Part shown: positions 1 through 12,850 of the stretch, one piece after another
Layout of the letters: the number at the start of each line of letters is the position of its first letter
Position numbering within the stretch: position 1 is the first letter of the stretch
Assembly (NCBI RefSeq): GCF_964188315.1
Contig: NC_135667.1
Location: 13,330,001-13,394,000, forward strand
Length of the DNA stretch: 64,000 nucleotides
Reading direction: 5' to 3'
Source of the DNA: Podarcis muralis
Taxonomy: Eukaryota
Position numbers and translations under genes: made by a program
The notes under the pieces: model-generated
What the model was told of the DNA's origin: nothing
Seen by the model: the letters and a program-made list of their open reading frames with translations, nothing else
Database searches by the model: none

Positions 1-3000
1 TCCCAAATCCTCAACACTTCTCCTTGGGGAGCCATGGAGTCTATCTTTCCAACTTTGATTCTCTGAAAGGACTGATTTGGAAATGTGATCCAGTTTATAA
101 TATCAAATCCAGCCTCTATCTCTCCATTTTCATTGAAGGAAACCTTTTCCCCAACAGTGTTATTAAATACTATTCTCTTAACAAAGTGGTTAAGCTAAAG
201 AAAGAGGGGATAAAGAAAAAACAACCAATGGATATGTCAAAGGCTGTGGATCATTCCCACTTTATTCCAAACTCTTGAAAAACTTTATGCCTGATAATCG
301 TAAATATAGAGAGAAGATGTGCACATACCACCTTGAGGTAGTAATTAGTAAAGCAATCTTAACCTTGCAGGGCAGCAGCAGGATATGACAGGGAGGAATA
401 GCCACCATTGCATCCACAGCCATATCACTCACACCTGCTGTGGCGGAAGGCAGGGACAACAATACTCTACACCAGTGTTTCCCAACCTTGGGCCTCCAGC
501 TGTTTTTGAACTACAATTCCCATCATCCCTGACCACTGGTCTTGCTAGCTAGGGATGATGGGAGTTGTAGTCCCAAAACAGCTGGAGGCCCAAGGTTGGG
601 AAACACTGCTCTACACCATGCTCGTCATCATGTCTTTTTGGAATTTAAACAGATTTTCAATTATTTTTATAATCATTTGAATCTGGTGAGACCTTGGGCT
701 TCAGCAAATTCATGAAGGAAGCAGGAAATCTATTCCTAGTATTCAATGCTGCTTTATACATTCTCAGGAAACAGAGACATCATGCATCTGAAAACCAGGC
801 ACTAGGGAAAAACAGTGGGAGAAAACTATTGCTATCTGGTTGGCTGGTAAAGGAAGGCTCTGTACTGATCGATCCTTCCTTTGTTCTTGGTGTATTCGGG
901 ACATTACCTTCCATAATTCTTGATCCTGAAGCTTTACTCCTCCATCTACTTTCATTCTGTCTTTGTATCTAGATGAATGCATGGCCTGCAATGCATGTGC
1001 TATTGCAAAGGCAGCTGTGTAGACACTGTAGCTGTGGCCAGTCATGCTCATTTCAAAAACAGATGCAGGAAGAGTCTCCAACTTCTCCTCTCCACTGCAG
1101 ATTTCTTCATTCTGTAGGTCTACCATAGCTATGGGGAACAGACACCCAAATGTCTGCTCCCAGAAAACCCTAACGAAGCCATCTTCCTTCTCTGAAGTGG
1201 GGTTTCTCATCAGAAGAAATTTCTGGAATCCTAAAACTTCACTGGAGTGAACAGCAAAGGATATAGCACCATGTAGGAAGTCTATGTCCCAATCTCTTTG
1301 AAGAGGAATGGAAGTGAACTCCATCTCAGCTGTCATTATCCAGACTTTACCATTTCTCTTTGTTGATATATGCTCATATGCTGAAGCCTTAGAAAATATC
1401 CTCAGGATGAGCATGGTCTCTATTTCACCATGAATGACCAATGCAATGACAGTGCTCTTCATAATGATTTCAGTCTTCTCAATTACATCTCCCACCATAT
1501 CATTAATAGTACTGGAAAAAGACACTTTGAGAAGTCTTACTATGAAATCAAAGCAGATACCTTTCTGGGCAAACATGGGGATAATATTCTGTTCAAACCT
1601 CTCTCCATTGTCATCGTGCCGAGAAATTACTCCAATCCATGTCCACTTGAAATATAGCAGTATGTGGAGAATTGTCTCATACTGAAGCTTCAAATTTGGG
1701 AACATTTGGAGATAGAAAGCAGCTTGGGTTTTCTTATCTATCACCACAGGAGAGCCATATATGATCTAATGGAAATTAAAAAAGTTAAGAAGTGAGGAGA
1801 CCTGTAGTGGCCAGCAGGGTAGGACAAGTGTGCTCAGAGATTCCGTGATGTTCTGGAAAGGTGAGTAGCGGGGTAAAGCAGCAGTAAGATTTGTGCAGTG
1901 CAGATACACTGATGAAGTCAATATGTACAGGTGGTACATGACTCCAGTCAAGCTTGCAAAAATTTACCACTTGCCTGATAATAAATGCTGGAAATGTAAA
2001 GAGATTGAAGGTACATTCTTTCACCTTTGGTGGACATGCCCAAGGATTAAGGCTTTCTGGGAAATGATATATAATGAAATGAAAAAGGTATTTAAATATA
2101 CCTTTCTGAAGAAACCAGAGGCCTTTCTCCTGGGTATGGTCGGTCAATTGGTGTCAAAGAAGGATAGAACATTCTTTATGTATGCTACAACAGCAGCAAG
2201 AATACTCATCGCAAAGTATTGGAAGACAGAAGAGCTACCCACCGTGGAAGAATGGCAGATGAAGGTTATAGACTATATGGGACTCGCAGAAATGACCGGC
2301 AGAATCTGAGACCAGGGAAGAGAGACGGCGGAAGAAGATTGGATGAAGTTTAAGGACTATCTTAAGAAACATTGCAAAATTATTGAATGTTAGAACGATG
2401 TTGATTTAGAAATTAAGTGGTTTCTAGCTGTAATGATTATGTAATTAAGAAAAGAAAGGTTAAAAATTAAATAGAAATTAGGGGAGGGATTTGCTGAATT
2501 AAAAAATTAGAGATTGGAATACAGAAAGGGGAGGTATGAGGAGGTCGGGAAAGTAAGTTATAAGAAAATAAGGGAATGAAATTATACTTGTTTTGTTTGT
2601 GTTTTTGTTCGTAATACTGTTTTTCTTTTTGTATAATTTTTGAAAATTTAATAAATATCTTTTTTTAAAAAAAAGATGAAGTCAATATGACACTCCCACC
2701 TGCCTCCCCACCTGAAACATTGCAATGACTCAAGCTCAGGGAGGTTAGGTGAGCACTCTGCTGATTGTTACTGGTTGTTACTTCAGCAGCCCACGGAGTG
2801 TGGACCTAGAGTTTAGCAAATACTTTAATATTTTCATTTTTTTATATTATCACGTACCATCCAGCTATTTAATATTTATTTTAATATATGCATGGCGGGT
2901 GAGTTCAGGTGGGAAGTGGTGCTAGGTCCCAATGAAAATTGAGAGCATCTTTGAATTGGAGTCTATGTCAGATGTCAAAACAGAAGTTGCAAATTTAAGC

Positions 3001-6000
3001 AGTGCCTTTTGCAAATGAGGGAAGAGTTTGCCCTGTGCTTTGTCCCTATCAGATGACAAAATTTCCCCCTATGCTCTCTTTGGGACATGGGTGGCACTGT
3101 GGTCTAAAGCACTGAGCCTAGGGCTGGCCGATCGGAAGGTCAGAGATTCGAATCTCCGCGACTGAGTGAGCTCCTGTTGCTCAGTCCCAGCGCCTGCCAA
3201 CTTAGCAGTTCGAAAGTATGTCAAAGCAGCTTAGTCATGCTGGCCACATGACCCGGAAGAACTGTTTGTGCACAAATGTCGGCTCCCTCGGCCAGTAAAG
3301 CGAGATTAGCACCGCAACCCCAGAGTCGTTTGTGACTGGACTTAACTGTCAGGGGTCTTTTACCTTTTTTTTTTTTTTAATGCTTTCTTTATGGAATTAG
3401 TTTTGCCATGATTTAAATCCTCTTCTATATTCTGAGCTCTTGAATGGTGCATATTAATGTACAACAAACTGTCTGAGGGGGAAAGAGTTTATTCTCCTTT
3501 TCTCTCCTCCTTAATTTAAATCCAGTGCATCTAGCCTTTGGCTAAGAGGCTCTGACCCCTATTTTTATAACTGATTTCATCAATTTAAATGGAATTGTTC
3601 GTCTTCTTAAGGATTTATTTGTTCTTGCATACAAATGCATCAAACGTCATAACTATGAGTCTCCTATTCCTATAATCTTCCTATAATCTTATATGGAGAA
3701 ATGGGGTAGGAACAATGTACACAAACTGGCCAAGAAGGGGGAGAAACCTGAACACAGAGAGATCACTTCTGCAACAGTGATGCTGGAAGCAGTTAATGAC
3801 AAAGAACAAAGTCCCCACGCCTCTTTATTTACAGAGTGGGGGGAAGCCTTTAATGCTGTTAAAAATCATCTACAAAAATAAGTCAGAAAACACACACACA
3901 AAAATAGAAATAACTCCAAATGAAGCTACAGAACTGAGTGTGGGGGGAAATCTAATCTTTCTAAAATGTAAGAGGAGAATTTAAATTTAATATTCTGGGA
4001 CACTACAGAAGATACAGCAGGAATTATTATTTTTTTAAAAAATAAATCTTACTAACATGATGGGCAAAAAAAATATGCTAGAAGTCCTCATAACAGTCAG
4101 ACATAGAGATTGTTCGTTGCAAGCAAAAAATGCAGTATTTTCCCATCATATTATTATTATTTGCTTTGAGAAATTTCTCATTAAGGACAAATTCATGAAA
4201 ACAGTGGCCAATAGGTAATCAAACAAGAATGCTGCTGCTGCAAGAGAGAGAAAGGCAGGCCCTGAACTTTGCTACAGAGAAATTACAGACACCTCAAATA
4301 CATTATTATTGGGGCAAATATTATTGGGGCAAATNNNNNNNNNNNNNNNNNNNNNNNNNNNNNNNNNNNNNNNNNNNNNNNNNNNNNNNNNNNNNNNNNN
4401 NNNNNNNNNNNNNNNNNNNNNNNNNNNNNNNNNNNNNNNNNNNNNNNNNNNNNNNNNNNNNNNNNNNNNNNNNNNNNNNNNNNNNNNNNNNNNNNNCAGT
4501 GTTGTATGTTGGAAGTCACCCTCTTCTAAGAAATGTAAACCTCACATCTGGCAAATGAGAGAAGAGCCCAGAAACATCGATCCATTGCATTAAAATTCTT
4601 TCTCCTTATCTCTCATCAATTTAAATATTAGCTTTCTTAAATTCAAAAACCTAAAAAGTAAGTGTTCTTCCTCATTGCTCTTATTCAATTAGCAACTTTT
4701 GGTTGATAGGTTAGTTATAATAAAAAGTTATTTATATTGGAGTTAATTCCTCATGCAATCCATAGAAATAATATGATTTACTTCCAATATGCCGAGGAAG
4801 TGTAGTTCATAATTTTTCATATATTATTCACTTTCTCCTCTTCAAGTTAGTGTTGTACCTTTGCAGGCTAAAACACAATTCAATTGTCGTGTTACAGGAT
4901 TCCAGGACTCTGCTTAAGGTCCTTTGCACATTGTTCATTGTTAATGTTCTCTTTTATTTTTTGCATGCTTGGAACCCTGACTGGGCACAACTTTACTGAA
5001 AGCAATATATTTGCTGATCATCTGGATAATCCTTTTTTACTATATGTTGGGATTTGCTATTAATTTGATAGTGTTGCATGAAAGATCTCATTTTCAGTTA
5101 TATATTTTATATGTCTGAGTTTTTCCATGGCAATACCTTAAAATGTTAAAGGTTTTGGCAATCAAATTGAATACATCTTAACTGTGGGATCTTATGTACA
5201 CTGGTACCTTGGGTTACAGACGCTTCAGGTTACAGACTCCGTTAACCCAGAAATAGTACCTCGGGTTAAGAACTTTGCTTCAGGATGAGAACAGAAATTG
5301 TGCTCCGGCGGCCCGGCAGCAGCAGGAGGCCCCATTAGCCAAGGTGGTGCTTCAGGTTAAGAATAGTTTCAGGTTAAGAATGAACCTCCAGAATGAATTA
5401 AGTACTTAACCCAAGGTACCACTGTACAAGCATACAGCATCTTGAATTAGATAAAGGTAAAGGTACCCCTGCCTGTACGGGCCAATCGTGTCCGACTCTA
5501 GGGTTGTGCACCCATCTCACTTAAGAGGCCAGGGGCCAGCGCTGTCCGTAGACACTTCCGGGTCACGTGGCCAGCGTGATGAAGCTGCTCTGGCGAGCCA
5601 GCACCAGCACAGCACACGGAAACGCCGTTTACCTTCCCGCTATAAAGTGGTACCTATTTATCTACCTGCACTTAAGAGTGCTTTCGAACTACTAGGTGGA
5701 CAGGAGCTGGGACCGAAAGACGGGAGCTCACCCCACCGCGAGGATTCGAACCGCCGAATGTGGACAGTGATGTTGCACTCATGTCCTGCTTGTGGACTTC
5801 CTCAAGATATTTTGTTGGCCTCTTTGAAAAAAGAATTCAGGGCTAGGTAGGTTCCTGGCCTGATTCAGTAGGACTTTTCATATAGTCTTACTTCTGGAAG
5901 CCTCACTTGCAAATACAACTGTTAAAAGGAAAGCCTTTACAAGTAAGCAGATGAGCAAATGGTTTGTTTATCTTTCCTACTGTCTGCATACCTGAGGGAT

Positions 6001-7356
6001 TTTATAGATGCACAGGGTATCTGCCATGTAGAGACAGACTTCAGAGATAGGTCCCCCAATGACTGCTCCTAGATTGTTCTGACTATCACATTTGTAGTTG
6101 GGGGTGAATCTGTCCAGTGTAGAGAAAAGTTCCAAAGATGCTTGATAGGTCCATCTTGTGTCAAAGTAGCTATTATAGATATGAAAGCCCAAGGTGACGT
6201 TAGGTAAAATCTGGGGATTTTCATTGATCTCTTTTAAAGCAAATATCAAGGCCAGGCTATGCTGATAGATCTGGGTCATCATCCTGTAATTAGAGTTACT
6301 TGCACTGTGAGAGTGGATTTTTTTCAGAATGTGACATATGCTTCTCTTCAGTTAAATGCATTATTACTGAATACATTATAGTATAATGGTTCTGATCTAG
6401 ATAAGCATTATGAAATATTGTCACATGCATCTGTACTTTTATATTTTGTTTTCACCTGCACAATGCTGATACAGTATTCTGGGTCTGGATCTTTGAAATT
6501 TCCAGGTGTTGGAGGACTTTAATTACATACACTGAAAAAAGTAACACAATTTTCTTGATTTCAATTGCTTTAGTTGACTATGACCTGTAGAGATGCTGTT
6601 CAAAATGGGATCAGATAGAAATTAAATGAAATGAAATACAACTTAGGAAACCAAGAAGCTGACATAATGTCTACATTGGCTGTCTGTGAATATCTGACGT
6701 TTCTATTAAAGAAACTTTCCCTGCCCTATCTCAAGATGCCAGGCATTGAAAAAGTGACCTCCTGTGTACCATGATGCTCTACCTTTGAATGAAAGCAATT
6801 TCCACTTATCAATACTTTCACAGAAAATATGACCATATTAAAGTAACAATCCAGAGAAAGCAGTAAACATAGTTGCTCAAAAATAAAAAGGACCAAAATT
6901 TAAAAATTAATCCTCAACCCCAGTCACAGCTCTCTCACAGTTCCTTCACTACAACCTGGAAATTCTTAAATACTTAACGCTCCTAAGCAGAAAACAGAAG
7001 GGTCACCAAAATGCTGAAGGGTAATGTGGCATAGCTAGGACAGATATATGACATTATAAAGGAACTTTTTTAAAAAGAAAAACAGCAAAGCCTTACACAG
7101 TGCCTTCAAAGATGTCGTTAGAAGGCAGTTTTCTGAAATTGATTGGAATCGAAAATCTATATATCTGAGCTATAATGCTGGCAATGATGAAGTCTCCTGG
7201 TTGATAAAACTTGTGAAGAATAGGAAGAGAGTTGCTGACACTGCATTTGATGTCAGGTGTCTTGTATGCCACCAGAGGCAAAAAGAACAGGACTGCCAGT
7301 GTTAGTAGCTTCTGTGAAAGAATTCCTTCTCTACACCCATTCTGTTGCCTCCACAT
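1..7356 (-). CDS. V2R vomeronasal receptor gene A, 5' part (exon1 7097-7356 or 7311, exon2 5992-6283, exon3 908-1765, exon4 1-194, truncated by window)
   Basis: Exons translate to V2R extracellular domain ([28 protein letters not shown]; [12 protein letters not shown]...HFKWTWIG; [25 protein letters not shown]). GT/AG sites and phases 2/0/0 are consistent; exon2 is 292 bp as in the plus-strand paralogues. Start codon uncertain. Confidence 0.9.
473..608. mobile_element. Palindromic hAT-type MITE (136 bp)
   Basis: Near-perfect hairpin CAGTGTTTCCCAACCTTGGG...CCCAAGGTTGGGAAACACTG with a perfect 8-bp TSD ctctacac (465-472, 609-616). Confidence 0.9.
1926..2674 (+). mobile_element. 5'-truncated L1-clade LINE (ORF2 C-terminus, 3'UTR, A tail)
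   Basis: RWYMTP...CWKC...FFHLWWTC zinc knuckle; perfect 15-bp TSD gatgaagtcaatatg (1911-1925, 2675-2689). Confidence 0.9.
3082..3378 (+). mobile_element. Sauria SINE
   Basis: tRNA-like head with A/B boxes (tggcactgtgg, gattcgaatc), recognisable Sauria body, tail ttacctttt; internal deletion. Confidence 0.85.
4335..4496. other. Assembly gap (162 N)
   Basis: Run of N. Confidence 1.
5199..5424. mobile_element. Tc1/mariner(Tigger)-type MITE
   Basis: TIR CA(C/G)TGGTACCT...GGTACCACTG flanked by TA; same family as seven other copies in the window. Confidence 0.85.
5452..5757 (-). mobile_element. Sauria SINE (5'-truncated)
   Basis: taaaggtaaaggta tail, Sauria body, B box ggattcgaacc on the reverse strand. 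Confidence 0.85.
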
Positions 7357-7654
7357 TATACCTAACTGGGTTCTGTGCTGAGTCCCACAGCCTGATTTGA
7401 ATGGCCCCACACAGGATGGTGTGTGGCTCAGACTATGCCTTCTAAAATGTCCATGATCTGATTTACAAAGCCCTCAGACCAAATTGGATGGAGGATAGTT
7501 ATTGAATCCTTGTATCTTGTAGTTTTCGTCTTGGTTACTACAGCTGCCTTGAGACCGGAAGAAGTAGTAGCATGTAATCACAATTAATTAGATAATTATA
7601 AGTGAGATAATCACCTATTCAGAATTACAATTTCTGTGAGACATTGCAGACATT

Positions 7655-7795
7655 TTGTCTCCCCGGATAGCAAGAGATATTGAGGCATCCACTGATTCAC
7701 ATAAAAAAGGCCTTCTGTATAATGAGATATTCATAAGAAAAGAGTACCACAGAAAAAGTTAGCATTTGTCTTAAAAGTGGACATGTTATTCATTC

Positions 7796-7800
<5 letters not shown>
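7655..7800. repeat. Old ~200-bp local duplication, unit 1 (unit 2 = 7860-7921 joined to 18642-18735, split by the Ngaro insertion)
   Basis: gcaagagatattgaggcatccactgattcacataaaaaaggccttctgtataatgagatattc aligns with gcaagagataccaaggttcctgctgactaacatcaagaatgaagggtt|tctgtataataagatattc. Confidence 0.7.
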
Positions 7801-7827
<27 letters not shown>

Positions 7828-7849
7828 ATGTATATATATATATATATAT
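7797..7849. repeat. (TG)n(TA)n microsatellite
   Basis: Direct reading. Confidence 0.95.
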
Positions 7850-7921
7850 TGCATGGTTAAGTTCTCTTGGGTGGCAAGAGATACCAAGGTTCCTGCTGAC
7901 TAACATCAAGAATGAAGGGTT

Positions 7922-8425
7922 GCGTGGCAAGTCCCCTCCCCCATGTGAAATAAAGACACGGGACACATTATATAAGTTTAATGGGCATAAAAAGGCCAAG
8001 GTGATGGCGCTTCCTTCCCCCCTCATTTGCATAACAATTACCCCTGCCAATGCCTAACCGCCAATACCGAGGAAGTTGTGACGTTTGCTACGAGGTAAGT
8101 GAAAAAACCAAAAGGCTGGAAGTGCGCCAAGTTAGAAAAATTCCTACCAGGCCCCTTGCGGCGACCAACCGGAGTCCATAGCAAGGTCATACCTGGCTAA
8201 GCCTAAAGGGTGGGTGGGATGGGAAAACCGGTCAGCTGGGACGGGGCAAAGAGGGCGGTCCCCGGTCGTGCCTGGCCTTAAATGGACTAGGCCACGCCTC
8301 CCCGGCCCCGCCGATTGGCGGGCAGGGTTGCAGGCACGCCCGGGGATTCCCCTGTTCTCACGGGGGCAAAAGGTCAGCCCCTGCGAGTGGAGTGTGGGAG
8401 GGGTTAGCCCGCAACCCACTCTCCT
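7922..8425 (-). repeat. Ngaro terminal module: B3 (7922-8067, ~241 bp deleted), spacer C' (8068-8222), A3 left part (8223-8425)
   Basis: Near-identical (about 4-5 differences) to 12851-13600 apart from the deletion. Confidence 0.9.
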
Positions 8426-8769
8426 TGTTTTAGGAGAGTTTTAGGGCAGCAGCTGAAGAAGGAACAAAAAGGGTTTTCTTGTGTGAGTTTCTTGTGGCTG
8501 ATTAGCTGCTCTCTCTGGGCAAAGGTCAGAGGGGGCAGGGCTTCTGTTGAGGTAGGTGATTAGCTGTGGGAGGAGCTTATTAGAGTTTTAGGGCAGCGGC
8601 GCGCGCCTAGCGGCGTGCGCAGTTTGATCCATATTTGACATTTAGGGGAGCTAGTCTCAAACATTTGTTGGGGGAGACCTAGGTTTTTTGGGGGGGATTT
8701 ATTTGTCCTGTCTCCACACTTTTTATGATAGAGGACCACTGTAGTCACCCCCAACGACACGTTCTCAAG

Positions 8770-9798
8770 ATGGAGGGTGAGGGAACAGCTGCAGTCGCCT
8801 GTGGTTCCTGCGCAATGTTTGCCATCTTGCCAAAGGTTGCAGGCAGCTTTACCTGCAGCAATTGCATGTTGATTGCCCTCTTAAAAGACAAAGTCCAGCA
8901 ACTGGAGGAACGTGTAGCTACGCTCCAAAGAATTAGAGACCTGGAACTCTTCTTGGAAGCAACAGAGCACACCGTCTCCACCAAGGAAGAGACAGGGGAC
9001 TCCCCTGAGAAGGTGGCTAGTTCACCAACACAGGAGCCAGATATATGGAGAAACGTGACTCAAAGAAGTAGGAGGCCCAGGGTTCGCTCTGATTGTTTAG
9101 AAATACGCAATCGCTTTGAGGTCCTTTCCCCTACCATGGAAGACGAAGAGCAGACTCCATTTGAGGATCTCTCCCTCATTACAGTCGATCAGGTATATGA
9201 AGATGAGCAGCAAAGGCAGTCCTCAGGGAATGTCCAGGCGACCTTGGAACGGACAGCTCACAGAAGAACCCCGACCAGACCTAAGAGGAGGCGTGTGGTG
9301 GTGATAGGGGATTCCCTACTGAGGGGAACAGAAGCAGTGATCTGTGGGCCTGACAAGATGTCTCGGGAAGTGTGCTGTCTCCCCGGGGCTAAGATCCAAG
9401 ATGTAACTGAACGACTGCAAAGAATCATAAAACCCACTGACAAATACCCCTTCCTCTTGGTTCATGTGGGAACCAATGACACTGCAAGCAATAGCCTCCA
9501 GAAGATCAAAAGAGATTACGAGGCTCTGGGCAGGAAATTGAAGCAATTAAATGCACAAATTGTCATCTCATCTGTCCTCCCAGTTGAACGACGTGGCCCA
9601 GGGAGAGAGGGAAAAATAGTGGAAGTGAACAACTGGCTTCGCAAATGGTGTAAACAGGAACGGTTTGGATTCTTAGATCACGGACTGCAGTTTCTTGAAG
9701 ATGGACTTCTGGCAAACGATGGGCTGCACCTCACAACGGTTGGGAGGAATGTTTTTGCAAAAAATCTCAGAAACCTCATCAGGAGGGCTTTAAACTGA
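8770..9798 (+). CDS. CR1 ORF1p (Zn finger/leucine zipper + SGNH esterase), intact
   Basis: CxxC...CxxC, coiled coil, VIGDS, HVGTND, DGLH motifs; open frame. Confidence 0.93.
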   Translation: MEGEGTAAVACGSCAMFAILPKVAGSFTCSNCMLIALLKDKVQQLEERVATLQRIRDLELFLEATEHTVSTKEETGDSPEKVASSPTQEPDIWRNVTQRSRRPRVRSDCLEIRNRFEVLSPTMEDEEQTPFEDLSLITVDQVYEDEQQRQSSGNVQATLERTAHRRTPTRPKRRRVVVIGDSLLRGTEAVICGPDKMSREVCCLPGAKIQDVTERLQRIIKPTDKYPFLLVHVGTNDTASNSLQKIKRDYEALGRKLKQLNAQIVISSVLPVERRGPGREGKIVEVNNWLRKWCKQERFGFLDHGLQFLEDGLLANDGLHLTTVGRNVFAKNLRNLIRRALN

Positions 9799-9803
9799 CT
9801 AAT

Positions 9804-12727
9804 GTGGGGGAGGGAGACAGTGCTCCTGAAGGTAGGAGTCTATCAATTGATGAAGATGATCATCCAAATGTCATAGACCGAATGGAGCAAAGAGCATGCA
9901 GACCTAGTGGTGGGAGGAAAAAATCCTTAAATAAGAGACACGGGGGAATGATTAATGGACTTCAATGTCTGTACACTAATGCGCAAAGCATGGGGAAATA
10001 AACAAGATGAGCTTGAGCTCCTGGTACAGCAAACTAAATATGACATAATAGGAATCACTGAAACCTGGTGGGATAAATCCCACGATTGGAATGTAATAAT
10101 GGAGGGATACAATCTATTTCAAAGAAACAGACCAGACAAGAAAGGAGGAGGAGTGGCGTTATATGTCAGGGATGTGTATACCTGTGAAGAGATCCAAGAT
10201 TTAGAACCTCAAAGCCAAAGTGAGAGCATTTGGGTGAAAATTAAGGGAGAGAAGAATAACAGTGACCTCATTGTGGGAGTTTACTATAGATCCCCAAGCC
10301 AAACGGAGGACATAGATGATGCCTTCCTGGAACAGATGGCCAAGCATGCAAAAGGAAGGGAGATAGTAGTAATGGGGGACTTCAATTACCCGGATATTTG
10401 TTGGATGTCAAACTCAGCCAAGAGCATAAGGTCAAACAGATTCCTCACTGCCCTTGCAGACAACTTCATTGTCCAGAAAGTGGGAGAAGCAACAAGAGGA
10501 ACAGCCATTTTAGATCTGGTCCTAACCAATGTTGATGACCTGGTTAGTGGGGTAGAAGTGGAAGGATCATTAGGCGCGAGTGATCATGCTCTTCTGAAGT
10601 TTACTATACAGCGGAAAGGAGCAGCCAAGCATACTAGGACTCAATTTCTCGACTTTAAGAAAGCCGACTTCATAAAGCTTAGGGAAGTGCTGGGTGAGAT
10701 CCCATGGACAGTAATACTAAAAGGAAAGGGAGTTCAAGATGGCTGGGAGTTTGTTAAGAGGGAGATAGTAAAAGCACAACTTCAGGCAATACCAATGAGA
10801 CGGAAACATGGAAGGTGCCTAAAGAAGCCAGGGTGGCTATCTAAAGAACTTTTAACTGAGTTAAGATTAAAAAAGGATGTGTACAAAAAATGGAAAAGGG
10901 GGGAAACCACCAAAGAGGAATTCAAACAAATAGCCAGCACGTGTAGACACAAAGTCAGAAAAGCTAAAGCACAAAATGAACTCAGGCTTGCTAGAGAGGT
11001 TAAAAGCAACAAAAAAGGCTTTTATGGGTATGTTCGTAGCAAAAGGAAGAACAAAGAAACCGTGGGGTCACTCAGAGGAGAAGATGGTGAAATGCAAACA
11101 GGGGACACAGAAAGGGCTGAACTCCTCAATGCTTTCTTTGCCTCAGTCTTCTCCGATAAAGAAAACAATGCCCGACCTGAAGAATTTGGAGCAAATGATT
11201 CAGCAGAGGAAACACAACCCAGAATAACTAAGGAGATAGTACAAGAATACTTGGCTAGTCTAGATGTATTCAAGTCTCCAGGGCCAGATGAACTGCATCC
11301 AAGAGTATTAAAAGAACTGGCAGATGTGATTTCAGAACCACTGGCAGTCATCTTTGAGAATTCCTGGAGAACAGGCGAAGTCCCCGCAGACTGGAGGAGG
11401 GCAAATGTTGTCCCTATTTTCAAAAAGGGGAAAAGAGAGGACCCAAATAATTACCGCCCAGTCAGTCTGACATCAATACCAGGGAAGATTCTGGAGCAGA
11501 TCATTAAGCAAACAGTCTGTGAGCACCTAGAAAGGAATGCTGTGATCACCAATAGTCAGCATGGATTTCTGAAAAATAAGTCATGTCAGACTAACCTGAT
11601 CTCGTTTTTTGACAGAATTACAAGCCTGGTAGATGAAGGGAACACAGTGGATGTAGTCTACCTTGATTTCAGCAAGGCATTTGACAAGGTGCCCCATGAT
11701 ATTCTTGTAAAGAAGCTGGTAAAATGCGGTCTTGACTATGCTACCACTCAGTGGATTTGTAACTGGCTGACTGACCGAACCCAAAAGGGTGCTCATCAAT
11801 GGTTCCTCTTCATCCTGGAGAAGAGTGACTAGTGGGGTGCCACAGGGTTCTGTCTTGGGCCCGGTCTTATTCAACATCTTTATCAACGACTTGGATGATG
11901 GACTCAAGGGCATCCTGATCAAATTTGCAGATGACACCAAACTGGGAGGGGTGACTAACACCCCAGAGGACAGGATCACACTTCAAAACGACCTTGACAG
12001 ATTAGAGAACTGGGCCAAAACAAACAAGATGAATTTTAACAGGGAGAAATGTAAAGTATTGCACTTGGGCAAAAAAAATGAGAGGCACAAATACAAGATG
12101 GGGGACACCTGGCTTGAGAGCAGTACATGTGAAAAGGATCTAGGAGTCTTGGTTGACCACAAACTTGACATGAGCCAACAATGTGACGCGGCAGCTAAAA
12201 AAGCCAATGCAATTCTGGGCCTCATCAATAGGAGTATAGCATCTAGATCAAGGGAAGTAATAGTGCCACTGTATTCTGCTCTGGTCAGACCTCACCTGGA
12301 GTACTGTGTCCAGTTCTGGGCACCACAGTTCAAGAAGGACACTGACAAACTCGAACGTGTCCAGAGGAGGGCAACCAAAATGGTCAAAGGCCTGGAAACG
12401 ATGCCTTATGAGGAACGGCTAAGGGAGCTGGGCATGTTTAGCCTGGAGAAGAGGAGGTTACGGGGTGATATGATAGCCATGTACAAATATATAAAAGGAT
12501 GTCACATAGAGGAGGGAGAAAGGCTGTTTTCTGCTGCTCCAGAGAAGCGGACACGGAGCAATGGATCCAAACTACAAGAAAGAAGATTCCACCTAAACAT
12601 TAGGAAGAACTTCCTGACAGTAAGAGCTGTTCGACAGTGGAATTTGCTGCCAAGGAGTGTGGTGGAGTCTCCTTCTTTGGAGGTCTTTAAGCAGAGGCTT
12701 GACAACCATATGTCAGGAGTGCTCTGA
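9804..12727 (+). pseudogene. CR1 ORF2 (endonuclease + reverse transcriptase) with two +1 homopolymer frameshifts (~9992-9995, ~11783-11786)
   Basis: Three consecutive ORFs 9804-10001, 9955-11832, 11789-12727 give LYTNAQSMG|NKQDELE and RTQ|RVLING...[10 protein letters not shown]...FADD; no in-frame nonsense codons otherwise. Confidence 0.92.
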
Positions 12728-12850
12728 TGGTGTTTTCCTGCTTGGCAGGGGGTTGGACTCGATGGCCCCTGTGGTCTCTTCCAACTCTATGATTCTATGA
12801 TTCTATGATTCTATGATTCTATGATTCCTCTCTAGCTCGGAAATGGCTTT

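Larger units (their letters stand above)
8426..12826 (+). mobile_element. Full-length CR1 LINE
   Basis: 5'UTR, ORF1, ORF2 (APE + RT, FADD), 3' tail of (ATTCTATG)n repeats; interrupts Ngaro repeat A3 with a 3-bp duplication cct (8423-8425, 12827-12829). Confidence 0.97.

Noticed and set aside
3420-3660. Possible decayed L1 ORF1 fragment on the minus strand
   Set aside because: Resemblance too weak to support without a search.
4229-4593. ORFs spanning the N run and the adjacent 15-bp duplication attattggggcaaat
   Set aside because: Gap artefacts.
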